A stretch of DNA of 63,100 nucleotides, the filler included, from Malassezia furfur (Eukaryota): NCBI GenBank assembly GCA_052055015.1. It is 9 parts of 9 records of this genome, joined end to end, with 100 filler letters (N's around TTAATTAATTAA, not from the genome) between each part and the next. Parts side by side here need not be neighbours in the genome. Positions count along the whole stretch, not along the records: positions 21,322 to 28,239 come from JBQJIT010000517.1; positions 28,340 to 35,249 come from JBQJIT010000518.1; 7 more parts are not named here. One strand, written 5' to 3'. The notes under the pieces are model-generated. The model ran no database searches, was not told the DNA's origin, and saw nothing but the letters and a program-made list of their open reading frames with translations. Position numbers and translations under genes: made by a program. Below are positions 21,322 to 31,202 of this stretch, in pieces. Position 1 is the stretch's first letter, and every line of letters starts with the position of its first letter.

Positions 21322-24031
21322 TCCACGCGTCCCAGAACGCGGGCTGCGTCTTGGGGTTGCACAGCTGGCTCGTGTGCGCATAGATCGCCCGCGCGCGGTC
21401 CACCTCGCCGAGCTTGCGCTCCATCGCCGCAAAGCGCTGTCCGATGCGCGCCGCCTCGCGGTCCGGCAGCGACTCGAGCGCCGCCTCGTAAATCGGGCGC
21501 GTCGCCGCGAGGCCAAAGTGCGCCGCGGCCTTCGCGAGGTAGAAGAGGTACATCGTGTAGCGGTCGCCCGCCGCCACCGCGCGCGTCGCGCGCTCGTAGA
21601 TCGACATCGCCTTGCGCAGCAGGCCGTGCTCCTCCTCGAACGCGCCGTACTGCATGTAGATCATCTTGGCAAACTTCGGCGGGCACTTGTCGAGCGCCTG
21701 CTCAAACAGGTCGCGCGTGCGCTCCAAACGCGAGCCGCCCTGGGTCAGTGGGTGTGCGGGACGTACGTAGCGCTTGACAAACTTGCTCAGGTACACGTTC
21801 CACAGCTCAAACGCCACGGGGTACGTAAACACCTCGACGCCGCGCTCGTACACCTTGAACGACTCCTCAAAGTAGTGCTGCTCCTCGAGGAACAGCGCAT
21901 AGTTGAGGATCGTCTGCGCGTTGGCGATCTTCAGCTCCATGATCCGGTCGAACGCGTGCTTGGCGCTCTCGAGCGAGCCGAGCGACTCCTGCAGGTCGGT
22001 GTACAGCCCCCACACACGCAGGCTCTTGAACAGCCGGCTCTGCGGCGGGAGCGCATCGTCGTAGTACGACACAGCCTTGATCTTGTGCTGCCCCGTCGGG
22101 CCGCTCGTCGCGCGCGACAGGACGCGCAGCGCCTCGTCGTAGTGCCCGTGACGCACCTCCATCTCCGCCCAGCTGCACCACACCTCGGCGAGGTCGTCGA
22201 CGCGCCGGAACGGCACCTTGACCGCCTTCTCGAGGATCTGCCGCGCGCCCGCCAGATCCGGCACGGCGTGCGCGGGGTCGGTGCGTGCGGCCGCGCCGCC
22301 CTGCTCGTAGAAGCGCGCAAAGTGCAGGTACAGCTGGTGCAGGTTCGGCGTCGCCTTGCGCGGGTTGATGGTGTCGATCGCCTGCTTGTAGGTCGCGACG
22401 ACCTCGGCGTCGTTGTCGCCCCACAGCGCCACGCGCTTCTCCCACTCCTGCACGTCGTCGGGGTTGCGCCGCAGCAGCACGTCGTTCACCAAAAAGGGGC
22501 GGCGCTCCATCAGCTCCTCAAACGCCTGCATCCGCCGGTCGACTTCCGCCTCGCGCTCGGCGAGCGACGCGCCTTCCTCGTCGTCCTCGTCGTCCTCGTC
22601 GGGCTCCGCCAGCTCGTCCATCAGGAAGCGGATCACGTTCTCGCTCGTCTCCGCGTACGCGTCAAAGATCTGCGTAAAGTCGCGCACGGTCAGCACCTGC
22701 TTCATGCCCTGCTCAAACGTGTCGTGCGCCGCGTCAAAGTCGCCGCGCTTGATGTAGTACGTCGCGAGGCCCGTCCACAGCCGGCCCGCCTGGTCGGGGA
22801 AGCGCGCCAGCCCGTCGCGCTCCACAATCCGCCGCACCGGCAGGCGCGCAGGGTCCTCGGCATCGCCCTCGGCGCGCGCCAGCGCCGCGTCGTCCTCGGC
22901 GAGCGCCGCCTCTTCCTCGCGCGACAGGCCCGTCTCCTCGGGGAAGCGCTCCGTCAGGTCGAGCCACTCGAGCAGCAGCTGGTACGCGCTCTTCCCGTCG
23001 GGGCTCGTGTACGTCCCATCGAGCGCCCGCCGCGCGAGGCGCAGCAGGATCTTGGCGGCCTCGAGGATGCGCCGCTGCGCCACATCGTCCACATCCTCCT
23101 CGTCCTCGTCCGCGCGCGGCGCATCCGCACGCGCGATGCTGTTCTGCGCACCGTCCGCATAGTGCAGCGCGCCGGCATGCTCGACGAGCATCGTCACGTA
23201 CCGCTCCGACAGACTCGGGTCGACCGCCAGGTAGCGGCGCCACACTTTTTGCGCGACGATCCCGCCGCACAGCTCCGCCCACCGCAGATACACCTTCCAC
23301 ACGCGCAGGTGCAGCGAGCCGGGCAGCGTGCGCAGCGCGCGGTCAAACGTGCGCCGCGCATGCGTCCGGCTCAGCGCCGGCGAGCATTTCGGGTGCACAA
23401 ACAGCGCGAGGTAGTCGAGCCACAGCCGCGGCATCGTCGGCAGCCACATGAGCGCGCGCTCGTACGCGGCCGCGAGGCTGCGCCACTCCTGCCAGCCCAG
23501 CACGCCGTCGAGCCCAAACTCGTACACGTTCGCCTCCTCTTCGGCCTTGCGCGCGTCGAGGAGCGTCGGGCCCATCTCGGACACGTGGTTCGTCTGCAGC
23601 ATGCGCTTGCGCGCGGCCGCCGCGCCGCCGCGCATCTCGCCTAGCACAAAGCGCGCGCGCGCGTCCAGGTAGCGGTGCCAGAGGCGGTACGAGCGGGGGA
23701 ACTGCGCCAGCGCACGCTCGTACACACTCACGATGCGCTGCAGCGCGAGGCGCTGCGACGCATCCGAGAGCAGGCCCAGCAGCTGGACGCCCTCGGACGA
23801 CATGCCCGCGTCGGGCAGCGGGCGCTTGCGGTAGTTGGTCTCCTCGACATGCGCAATGTACGAGTTCCACGTGCGGAAGTTGTCCGGATTGCGCAGCAGC
23901 TCCTGCTCGAGCACGAGGTCGTCCGCAGGCACGAGCCCGTCGTGCGTCGCCGGCGACGGCACGGGGAACGTCAGGGGAAAGAGCGACTCGTACCGCGCAT
24001 ACTCGGACGCGCCCTCCGCCGCGGTCGCCAT
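21322..24031 (-). CDS. SYF1: NTC splicing factor Syf1/XAB2 (3'-partial); intron 21740-21766; alternative start at 24094
   Basis: EQELLRNP, RRTFDRALRTLP, TVRDFTQIFDAY, RRPFLVNDVLLRRNPDDVQEWEKRV, FEESFKVYERGV HAT repeats. Confidence 0.95.
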
Positions 24032-24092
24032 CGCGTCGTCGTCGTCGAAGCGAATCTCGGCCGATGCGAGGTGGAGGCGCCCGCTTCGCGAC

Positions 24093-24701
24093 ATGCCGCG
24101 CGGTGCGCCGCAGCGTGTGGGGTCGCGCGTGTCGATCCCGGTGAACGTGCCGGACGACGAGCTGGATGCGTACATCACCGAGATGATCCTCGCAGAGGCT
24201 CGCGCGAACGAGGAAGCGTACGCGCGCCGCGGGCCGGCCGCCGAGGCGTTCGCCAGCGCTTCGGCGCGGTCGGCGCCGCCGGCGCGCACCAACAAGCGCT
24301 TCCTCGCGACCATGATCCGCAGCGTCGACGCACACAACCAGCGCCAGGAGGCCAGCGAGGCACGGGCGTCGCGGCACCGTACGCACGCGCGCGCCGCCGA
24401 CGACCGCGCGGGACTGCGGCATGCGCGCGCGGGGCTCGACCGCTTCGTCCAGCGCGCCTTGGCCGACCGCGCAGGCGCTCGCACGCACCGCGAGGCGAGT
24501 CCCGAGCGCACCCCACGCACACACACACAGCCTGCACGTGCAACGAGCCGGTGGGACCAGCGGCCCTCTGACGCCGAGCGCACGCCCCGACGCGACGCAC
24601 CGCCGCCGTTGCGCCGTGCGCCCTCCTCCTCACCCGAGATGGGGCCGCAGCCTGCGCCGCCCGTGCGGCAGTGGGACCTGGGGAAGGAGCGTGATCTATG
24701 A
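24093..24701 (+). CDS. Conserved fungal hypothetical protein
   Basis: DDELDAYITEMILAEA...TNKRFLATMIRSVDAHN...VRQWDLGK pattern; fills the space between SYF1 and the GH5 gene. Confidence 0.6.
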   Translation: MPRGAPQRVGSRVSIPVNVPDDELDAYITEMILAEARANEEAYARRGPAAEAFASASARSAPPARTNKRFLATMIRSVDAHNQRQEASEARASRHRTHARAADDRAGLRHARAGLDRFVQRALADRAGARTHREASPERTPRTHTQPARATSRWDQRPSDAERTPRRDAPPPLRRAPSSSPEMGPQPAPPVRQWDLGKERDL

Positions 24702-24702
24702 G

Positions 24703-26956
24703 CTACGCGGCGCGGTACGCGAGCACGGCGACCAGAAGAGCACATAGCGCCGCTAGCAGCATGATACCCTGCATCGAGTCGCGCGCGCCGCCCGCGCCTT
24801 GGAGCGTGACGTGGTGCACAGCACCCGGCGTGTGCACGGCGTGGTAGATGTACAGCGTCTGCTCCTCGGGCACGTACTTGTACGTGCCGTCGCTCAGCTG
24901 CACATGCGGCGCGTGTTCGCGGAACACGTAGTCGGGCACATACACCTCGGTCGCCGCGCGGCACTCCTCCGGCCCGTTGCGCCAGGAGAAGCGCAGGGTG
25001 CGCCGCGATGCATCCCACGCCGTGGACACAGGCACGCCCGCAATCTTGCACGCATACGGACGGAGCACGGCGTCGAGCGCACGGCCGCCGCGGTACACCG
25101 TCTCGTGCGCGCGTGCGTTTTGGCGGTCGGCGGCGTGCGTCTCAAAGTTGACCAGCGAAAAGTCTTCCTGGTTCCACCCGTCGCCGTGCGCGACCGTGTT
25201 GGCGGGGTTGTAGTTCCACAGCGTGAACGAGATCAGGTTGCGCTCGAGGCCGGACACGAGCGCGCTGAGCAGCGTACGCTGCACGTCGTACACGCCCGGC
25301 GTCCGCCGCAGCGTGTCGTTCACGTCAAACGGGATGCCGACCTCGCCCACGACGATCGGCACATCGCCCAGCGCCGCATACCCGCGCTGCGTCAGCTGCC
25401 GCAGCTGGTGGTAGTAGTTGCGCGCGAGGCCTCGCGCGCCAAAGTAGAGCGCACACAGGATAAACATGCCGCGGCTCAGGCCCTGCACGTTGACGCTCAT
25501 CCCGCGGTACGCCTTGAAGAAGAGCACGTTCAAGTCGTAAAAGTGGGGGCCGTACACCAGGTTCGCGGGCTGTGCGTCGGGGATCACGGGGTCGGACGCC
25601 GTGCCCAGAGGCTTGGCGCCCACGCCCCAGCGAGGCATAAACTCGTTGGGGATCGGCTCGACGAGCAGCAGCGCCGTGGGTGCGATGCGGTGCAAACTGG
25701 GTCAGTCACTAAACGTACCGCTCGGCAAACGCTTCGACGAACGGCGCATAAAAGTCGCGGTAAAACTCGACGCGCCGCCGCCCGTGCCCGGGGCGCGGGT
25801 CGACGGAGAAGTAGTCGGCCTGCAGCACCACGGGCTTTTGGTTCTTTTCGTTCCACGCCCACACACCGTGCTCGCGCCAGACGCACCCGTCGCTCCGCCG
25901 CGTGCTGGGGAAGGGCGCAGCAGCTCGATCGATCCACACGCGCGACGGCGGCGCAATGTGCGTCCGGTGCGACATGCGCGAGGGGAACGGCCACGACTTG
26001 ACGTAGAACGGGATGTCCTGCGCGTGCCCGTCGCCGAGCGCAAAGCTCTCGAGCGCCGAGGGGTAGTGACCGATGTGCAGGTCCGTCTCGTAGCACCACC
26101 GGTCGAAGGAGTACAGGTTGATGTAGCCGCGGTGCGGCTCGTTCATCAGGTCAAAGCCGGCCAGCGCAGGGCACGAGCGGAGCGCCTCGGCGAGCTGTGC
26201 AAACGCCTCGATGTACGATGCCTGCAAAAAGTCTTGGATGTTTTCCGGCTGCGCACGGCCCGCATGGTCGGTCGCCAGGCAGAGGTTCGGCGCAAACGTC
26301 CGGCCGCCCCAGAAGAGCGTCGCCATGGTCGCCGGGGCCATTTTTTGGTAGCCGGATGGCCAGTTGAACGGGCCGGTCGGCTCCTCCTTGCCCGCAGGCG
26401 GCACACTGGCGAGCGCTTCGCCGCCCGCGTCGGGGACCAGCGCCGTGGCCGTCGCGTTCAGCCGGCGCGGGTCGAGGCCGGCGGCTTCGAGCGTCCACCC
26501 CGGCGCACCACTGCCACCACACAGCCGGCTCCATACGTCCTGGTGCGCGCACACGATGCACTTTAAGCCAAACTCGTCCATGATCGCAAAGAGCGCCTGC
26601 AGGTAGGCGACGTAGTCGGCGTCAATGTCGTACGCGGGACACGGACCCGCATGCGACAGTGCCTCCCACGTCACCAGCAGACGCACAAACGTCAGGCCCC
26701 ACTGCTTCAGCCGCGCAAAGTGCTCGCGTGCCTCGGTGAGCGGGAAAGGTCGGTCGACAAACGACACCTGCGTATGGTCCACATACGTGTCTCCGGCGGA
26801 GCTCGGGCTGCGTCAGCGGTACGCGTACAGTTTGCTCACGCCGGCCAGATTCACGCCGCGCAGCAGCAGCGTGCGCCCACGCTCATCGGCAAGGAACCGT
26901 CCACGACGCCCGAGGCGGCCGCCCAGCGCCTCGGAACTCAGATCGGCTGCAGGCAT
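24703..26956 (-). CDS. GH5 endoglycoceramidase-related protein (EGCrP/Egh1 family glucosylceramidase or sterylglucosidase) with C-terminal TM; introns 26808-26828, 25697-25718
   Basis: GRTLLLRGVNLAG, SFVDRPFPL, HQDVWSRLCGGSGAPGW, NEP acid/base motif, VGEVGIPF nucleophile, WNYNP, WNQEDFS. Confidence 0.9.
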
Positions 26957-26980
26957 GGTGTGTGGAGAAACGGCGAATTT

Positions 26981-28239
26981 TTACAAACGGTCTACGGAAT
27001 CGGCGTCCGTGGACGGCTCCTGCGGCGGGGGTGCGGGGCGACCTGCGCGTGCACTCCGCCATGCGGGCGACGTGGGGGGCAGGGGGGTCGTGGGCGATGT
27101 GGTCGACAGCGCTTCGTGCTGCGACACAGAACGACCAAAACGGGATAGACTCGGCGTAGACAAAGGAGTGTGTCGTGCGGCATAGAAGGCCGTGGACCGG
27201 CTCGACGGCTCGAGGCGCGCGTACGGCACGCCGTCGCCCGGCTGGAACGACATGTGCACCGCTGATGTCTGCCGCGGGCTCGGCGAGGGGTACGCGTTGG
27301 AGGCATAGCGCGGCGAGCCTACAGGCTGCATCTCGCGCGCGCTCATGGAGGCGCGCGGTGGACTCAACATCCGCGCCGTTTCCTGGCGCCGTAGTGCGCG
27401 CTCTTCTTTGCCCAGTGCAATGAGCGTGTCGGTGAGGCTGCGCACATGGTCGTCGCTGTGCTTGAGCAGGTCGCTCAAGTTGGTGTCCAAGGTATCCACG
27501 AGCCCTTCCATGGGCTCGTACGCCGGCTGCAGTGCCAGCGACATGCGCACTTCGAGCGAAGCGCGGATGGTACGTCGCAGGCCGTTGTTGACCTCCTCCG
27601 CGAGGCGCACCGCCGCGCCGAGCTGCTGCACCAGTTCGGAGGTGGGCTCCGATGTACGCTCCAACTGCTCGAGTGCCAGGCGCAGATTCCGTGTGTGGGG
27701 CTCGAGAGGGGCCGACTCGGGCGTGCTGTGATGCGACATCGAGCGTCGCAGCTGCGCGGGTGCCGTCGCACTCCGGTGGGCCTGAGGAGTCTGTGCTAGG
27801 TTCCGCATCGACATGGACGCAAGGCGATGCGAAATGTCCGCGTGCATGTACTCGTCGCCAAAGTCGGGCTGTGCATCGGTGCTTTGACGCGACTCCATCG
27901 AGGCTCGCGGGTGGTGCACCGGAGTCGTGCGCGTGTTTGGCGTGGTACGAAAGGCATACGAGCTCGTACGCCGGCGCGAAGGCGTAGTGGATGCTGGCGC
28001 AGACGCCTCACGAGGCGCGGGCGCTGCGTGTGGGGGCTCGGTGGCCGACGTCGGTGCGACGCGCGGCGCTGGAATGTCGCCCCCCGCGTCCATACTACGG
28101 CGTGCGCGGCGATACTTGGCGGCGACAGAGGGTGACTCGCTGCCGTCCTTGCGCTCGCGTGCAGTTGACGCGTCGGCATCGATCGCGCGCGTGATTTTGT
28201 CCGCGAGGCGCGCGATCTCCGACTCGTGCTGCTCGCTTC
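26981..28239 (-). CDS. Hypothetical protein, 5'-partial (Ser/Pro-rich with a helical segment)
   Basis: Long open frame running in from the contig edge; no family recognised. Confidence 0.55.
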
Positions 28240-28339
28240 NNNNNNNNNNNNNNNNNNNNNNNNNNNNNNNNNNNNNNNNNNNNTTAATTAATTAANNNNN
28301 NNNNNNNNNNNNNNNNNNNNNNNNNNNNNNNNNNNNNNN
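28240..28339. other. Artificial contig spacer
   Basis: N run with TTAATTAATTAA. Confidence 0.99.
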
Positions 28340-28368
28340 CGCACCTTGTCGTCGTGGGGTCGATCGCG

Positions 28369-29599
28369 ATGGACGATTCACGGCCTGTTGTCGTGGACAA
28401 CGGTACTGGCGTACGTACCAGCTCTAATCGCAGTTTGTCAAGGTCGGATATGCGGGCTCCAATTTCCCGGAGCACGTCTTCCCTTCGATTGTCGGCCGGC
28501 CCATCCTCCGCACCGAGGAGCGGGAGTCCATCTCCGCGAATGGCGTGGAGATCAAGGACCTGATGGTCGGCGACGAGGCCGAGGCTGTGCGCAGCTATCT
28601 CCAGGTGACGCAGCCGATGGAGCACGGTGTCGTGAAGGATTTCGAAGACATGCGTCACGGTATGTCGCTTGTTCTCACGCAGTGTGGAACTATACGTTTG
28701 ACGAAAAGCTGCGGATCAACCCGCAGGGTCGCAAGGTGCTCCTTACTGAGCCACCGATGAACCCCAAGAAGAACCGCGAAGAGATGTGCCGCATCATGTT
28801 CGAAGAGTACGGCTTCGATGGTGTCTATGTCGCGATTCAGGCGGTGCTAACGCTCTATGCGCAAGGTCTCCAGACCGGTGTGGTCGTCGATAGCGGCGAC
28901 GGTGTGACGCACATTGTGCCCGTGTACGAGGGCTTTGCCATGCCGCATCTGACGCGCCGCCTCGACATCGCAGGCCGCGACGTGACGCGCTACTTGATCA
29001 AGCTGCTTTTGCTGCGTGGCTATGCGTTCAACCGCACCGCCGACTTTGAGACAGTGCGCCAGATCAAGGAGAAATTGTGCTACGTCTCGTACGACCTCAA
29101 CCTTGACAAGAAGCTGGCGGACGAGACGACAGTCCTGGTCGAGTCGTACACGCTGCCCGACGGTCGTGTGATCAAAGTCGGGCCGGAGCGCTTCGAAGCA
29201 CCCGAGTGCCTCTTCCAGCCGCATTTGGCCGGACTCGAGCAGGCTGGTATGGCCGAGATGCTGTTCCAGACGATCCAGAGTGCGGCAGTCGATGTGCGCT
29301 CGGAGCTGTATAAGCACATTGTGCTCAGTGGTGGCAGCAGCATGTACCCCGGTCTTCCCAGCCGTCTCGAGAAGGAGATGAAGCAGTTGTACCTCTCGCG
29401 TGTGCTGCAGGGTGATGGAAGCCGACTCAATAACTTCAAGATCCGTATCGAGGACCCGCCGAGGAGGAAGCACATGGTATTCTTGGGCGGTGCGGTCCTG
29501 GCCGACATCATGAAGAACCGCGACAGCTTCTGGATCAGCCGCCAAGAGTGGTATGAAAAGGGGCCTGCGGCACTCGATCGTCTGGGTCGCAATGCATAG
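28369..29599 (+). CDS. ARP2: Actin-related protein 2; introns 28411-28433, 28660-28682
   Basis: [61 protein letters not shown]. Confidence 0.97.
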
Positions 29600-29798
29600 C
29601 GAATGTAGACGCGCCAGAAGCAGTCTTGCCGACATGCGCAAGCCCAGGCCTCCACACGGAGCGCCGTGGCCTTGGCTACCCGCGTGGGGGGCCAGGCACA
29701 AGGAACACGCACAAAGTATGAGACACTCATGTATTTGTGCCTACGCGAAACAGGACTTGTACAATAGAAATACACTATTTAATTAATCAGGAATGCAC

Positions 29799-30800
29799 TT
29801 AGTGGCGGAGGCGCTTGCCGATCTCCGACTGCCAGTTGGAGGCACGCTCAAAACCGTTGCGAGCCATCTGGAAGTCCTCCATAGCCTCGAAGATCTCCTT
29901 CTTGGAGCACATCACGAAAGGACCGTACTGCACGACGGGGTGATCAAGCGGCTCTCCGGCGATCAGGATTACGCGCGCGGGCTTGTCCGTCGGGTTGCTA
30001 ATGCGGACACCATCGTTGTTGCTAAGCACGGTCTTGGCTTCCTCGGCAGTGTCCGTCTTCAGGGCAGGGTTAGACAGGATAAGAGTGTGGTACTGGTCAT
30101 GCACATCCTTGCTGTCGCCAACCTGGACCTTGCCGTCAGCGACGTAAGCAAAGGCATTCCAGGTGTGCGGAATCTCTTGGAAGATCCAACCGCCCGGCTG
30201 AAGCTTGATGTCCATGTAGTAGCACCCGCCGTTCTCCGGCAGGCGCACGGGCGACTCCACACCGTGGCTCTTGCCCGAGATCACCTTAACTTCCCAGCCT
30301 TCGCCCTCGGTCTCCTTCGGCTCCGAGGTACGCGGCGTTTGCACAGGAAGATCCTTACCCGAGAACTCCTGGTAGGAGGGGTCGATCTTCTTCGACGCGG
30401 CAGGCAGGTCGATCCACAGCTGCATACCAACAGGGGTAGGCAGCGGCTTGCCCTCCTTGTCGCGGTGGAGAGGCATTTCGGCATGCATGATACCACGGCC
30501 GACCATCATCCACTGGATGTCACCGGGGCCGATGATGCCGCGGTGGCCGGCAAAGTCTTCGTGCTCCATGTACCCGTCAAACATGTAGGTGACGGTGGTC
30601 TGGCCACGGTGGGGATGGTCGGCGAAACCGGCACCCTCACCAACCTTGAAGTGGTCAAGCATCAGGAAGGGGCTGAAGTTGCGGAGCTGAGCGTTGCCAA
30701 GGGCACGGCGCACGCGAGCACCGACGCCTTCGCCCTGCTCGACTGCGTGAATTTGTTGAACAACCTTGCGAGAGATTTGTTGCATTGCGCGAGAACTCAT
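29799..30800 (-). CDS. Pirin (bicupin), intronless; start could be 30839, 30800 or 30785
   Basis: EGVGARVRR, PFLMLDHF, GFADHPHRGQTTVTY, HEDF, GRGIMHAEMP, QLWIDLP, PVVQYGPFVM. Confidence 0.93.
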   Translation of the reverse strand: MSSRAMQQISRKVVQQIHAVEQGEGVGARVRRALGNAQLRNFSPFLMLDHFKVGEGAGFADHPHRGQTTVTYMFDGYMEHEDFAGHRGIIGPGDIQWMMVGRGIMHAEMPLHRDKEGKPLPTPVGMQLWIDLPAASKKIDPSYQEFSGKDLPVQTPRTSEPKETEGEGWEVKVISGKSHGVESPVRLPENGGCYYMDIKLQPGGWIFQEIPHTWNAFAYVADGKVQVGDSKDVHDQYHTLILSNPALKTDTAEEAKTVLSNNDGVRISNPTDKPARVILIAGEPLDHPVVQYGPFVMCSKKEIFEAMEDFQMARNGFERASNWQSEIGKRLRH

Positions 30801-30841
30801 TTGATTTGAAATGTAACGAAATGACGAGCTCGCGAACATGG

Positions 30842-30849
30842 TTTTTATA
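30842..30849 (-). promoter_or_regulatory. Candidate TATA box of the pirin gene
   Basis: TATAAAAA on the minus strand about 40-55 nt upstream of the likely starts, next to an AT-enriched intergenic region. Confidence 0.5.
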
Positions 30850-31202
30850 CCTTCAGAGGGACCGTCCCATCGGGCCGCCACGACTGCACTTGGGCCCAAA
30901 CGCTACGGGATTAATTTAGCGATAACACCGTTTTAGACTTTTTAGGCCGTGTTAGAAAAAAATCCGCACGCAACATGACGCTGTCGGACAGAAGATTTCG
31001 ATTGCGGGCGGCCCAAACGCCGTGTCACGATTACAAATAAAAATGGACCTAAAAGGTACCCTTAGGATGTTACGGCGTAGCGACTTATGATCGTCATGTA
31101 TTTACCTAATAGGCTAAAATCCGTGCCCGGCATGTTGGTGGCCTTGTAGGCCCGTGTCTCGAATCTTCGAGCTGCTCGCTTGCACGACGCACGATCGAAC
31201 CC

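Noticed and set aside
24095..25051. Long N-terminal extension of the Syf1 ORF as a fusion
   Set aside because: It is the antisense of two other genes; Syf1 similarity begins near 24031
29799..30800. Pirin as a bacterial horizontal transfer
   Set aside because: Intronless and lower GC, but the sequence looks like ordinary fungal pirin; cannot be supported without a phylogeny
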